Below the pieces are notes generated by a model. That model saw nothing but the letters and a program-made list of their open reading frames with translations. It was not told where the DNA came from and did no database searches. Both the position numbers and the translations under genes were made by a program. Of a DNA stretch of 64,000 bases, positions 63,360 through 64,000 are shown one piece after another (positions within the stretch are counted from its first letter, which is position 1; the number at the start of each line of letters is the position of its first letter). The DNA comes from Azolla caroliniana (taxonomy: Eukaryota > Plantae > Polypodiophyta). Location of the stretch: contig JBHGNT010000012.1 of NCBI GenBank assembly GCA_043228905.1, positions 10,850,001 through 10,914,000 of the forward strand, in the 5' to 3' direction.

Positions 63360-64000
63360 GGCCTTTGCCTAACCCCGCTTTAACGGCGAAACCGACGCCG
63401 CAACTGACATTCGTCTGTTTCTCAATGTTTGGAATGCAAACCATATGGCGCAGAGCCTTTCTAAGACACTAGTGCACCAGTCCAAAATGACGGAGTTCGG
63501 GTTAACATTGGATGGGCGAGCGGCGTTTTGGCATTCACAGATGGATTTGCAAGCAATCACGACCTTTGACCAGTTGCAGTCCGCCTTTTTGCGATTCTTC
63601 CATCGGAGGGTTCCACAACGCGAACTCCTCGGACAGTTCTACACAATTATGCAGCTGTCGACCGAGACGATCGCAGACTTCAGCTTACGTTTCCAAAATT
63701 TATGGCGGAGACTAGAACGGAGCCCCGCAGAGCACGAGGCTCGGGAGACATTTCTGGCGGCATTACACCAACCCATACAGACAACGCTCAACAACAATAG
63801 CGTGAAAGGGGAGATGGCGGATATGGTCATCGAACGAGTGTTACAGCTCGAGCTGGACAACGAAGAGGAAAGGTTTTCTATGTCCTCGTTACGACAAGCG
63901 TTACCTCAGGACGAGGAACGATAGTTTCATCAAGCAATCCAGTGCACGATTTGCTTGAACTTGGGGCATTCCGCAATGGAGTGCAACATGCGAATCCACT
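63360..64000 (+). pseudogene. Gypsy-type gag remnant running off the window end
   Basis: PRFNGET, LDGRAAFW...FDQLQSAFL...Q..TETIADF (retrotransposon gag pattern) and knuckle CTICLNLGHSAMEC after a stop. Confidence 0.8.

Overview
This is eukaryotic land-plant DNA; the TE mix suggests a seed-free plant such as a fern, which is inference only. There is one intact host gene, a two-exon CYP71-clan cytochrome P450 (483-2282, minus). The remaining ~58 kb is nested, mostly decayed transposable elements. Highlights: (1) A 15-kb TIR DNA transposon (9263-24288) with a spliced Sola2-like DDD transposase, a convergent RING-finger passenger gene, repeat-filled introns and a nested full-length RTEX-like LINE. 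(2) A young Ty3/Gypsy element (43065-51074) of a fungal-like lineage with a 4-bp TSD, an 18-nt tRNA-Trp primer site, a predicted -1 frameshift (G GAT TTT TAG) between gag-protease and RT-RH-IN, and a tRNA-derived Pol III A/B-box module in both LTRs. (3) Similar tRNA-like Pol III modules in two unrelated DNA transposons. (4) A Sola1-like element, three chromovirus copies, several Copia fragments, a solo LTR and a fold-back junction. Family assignments come from motif recall by eye, not database searches. Boundaries of decayed fragments are approximate.
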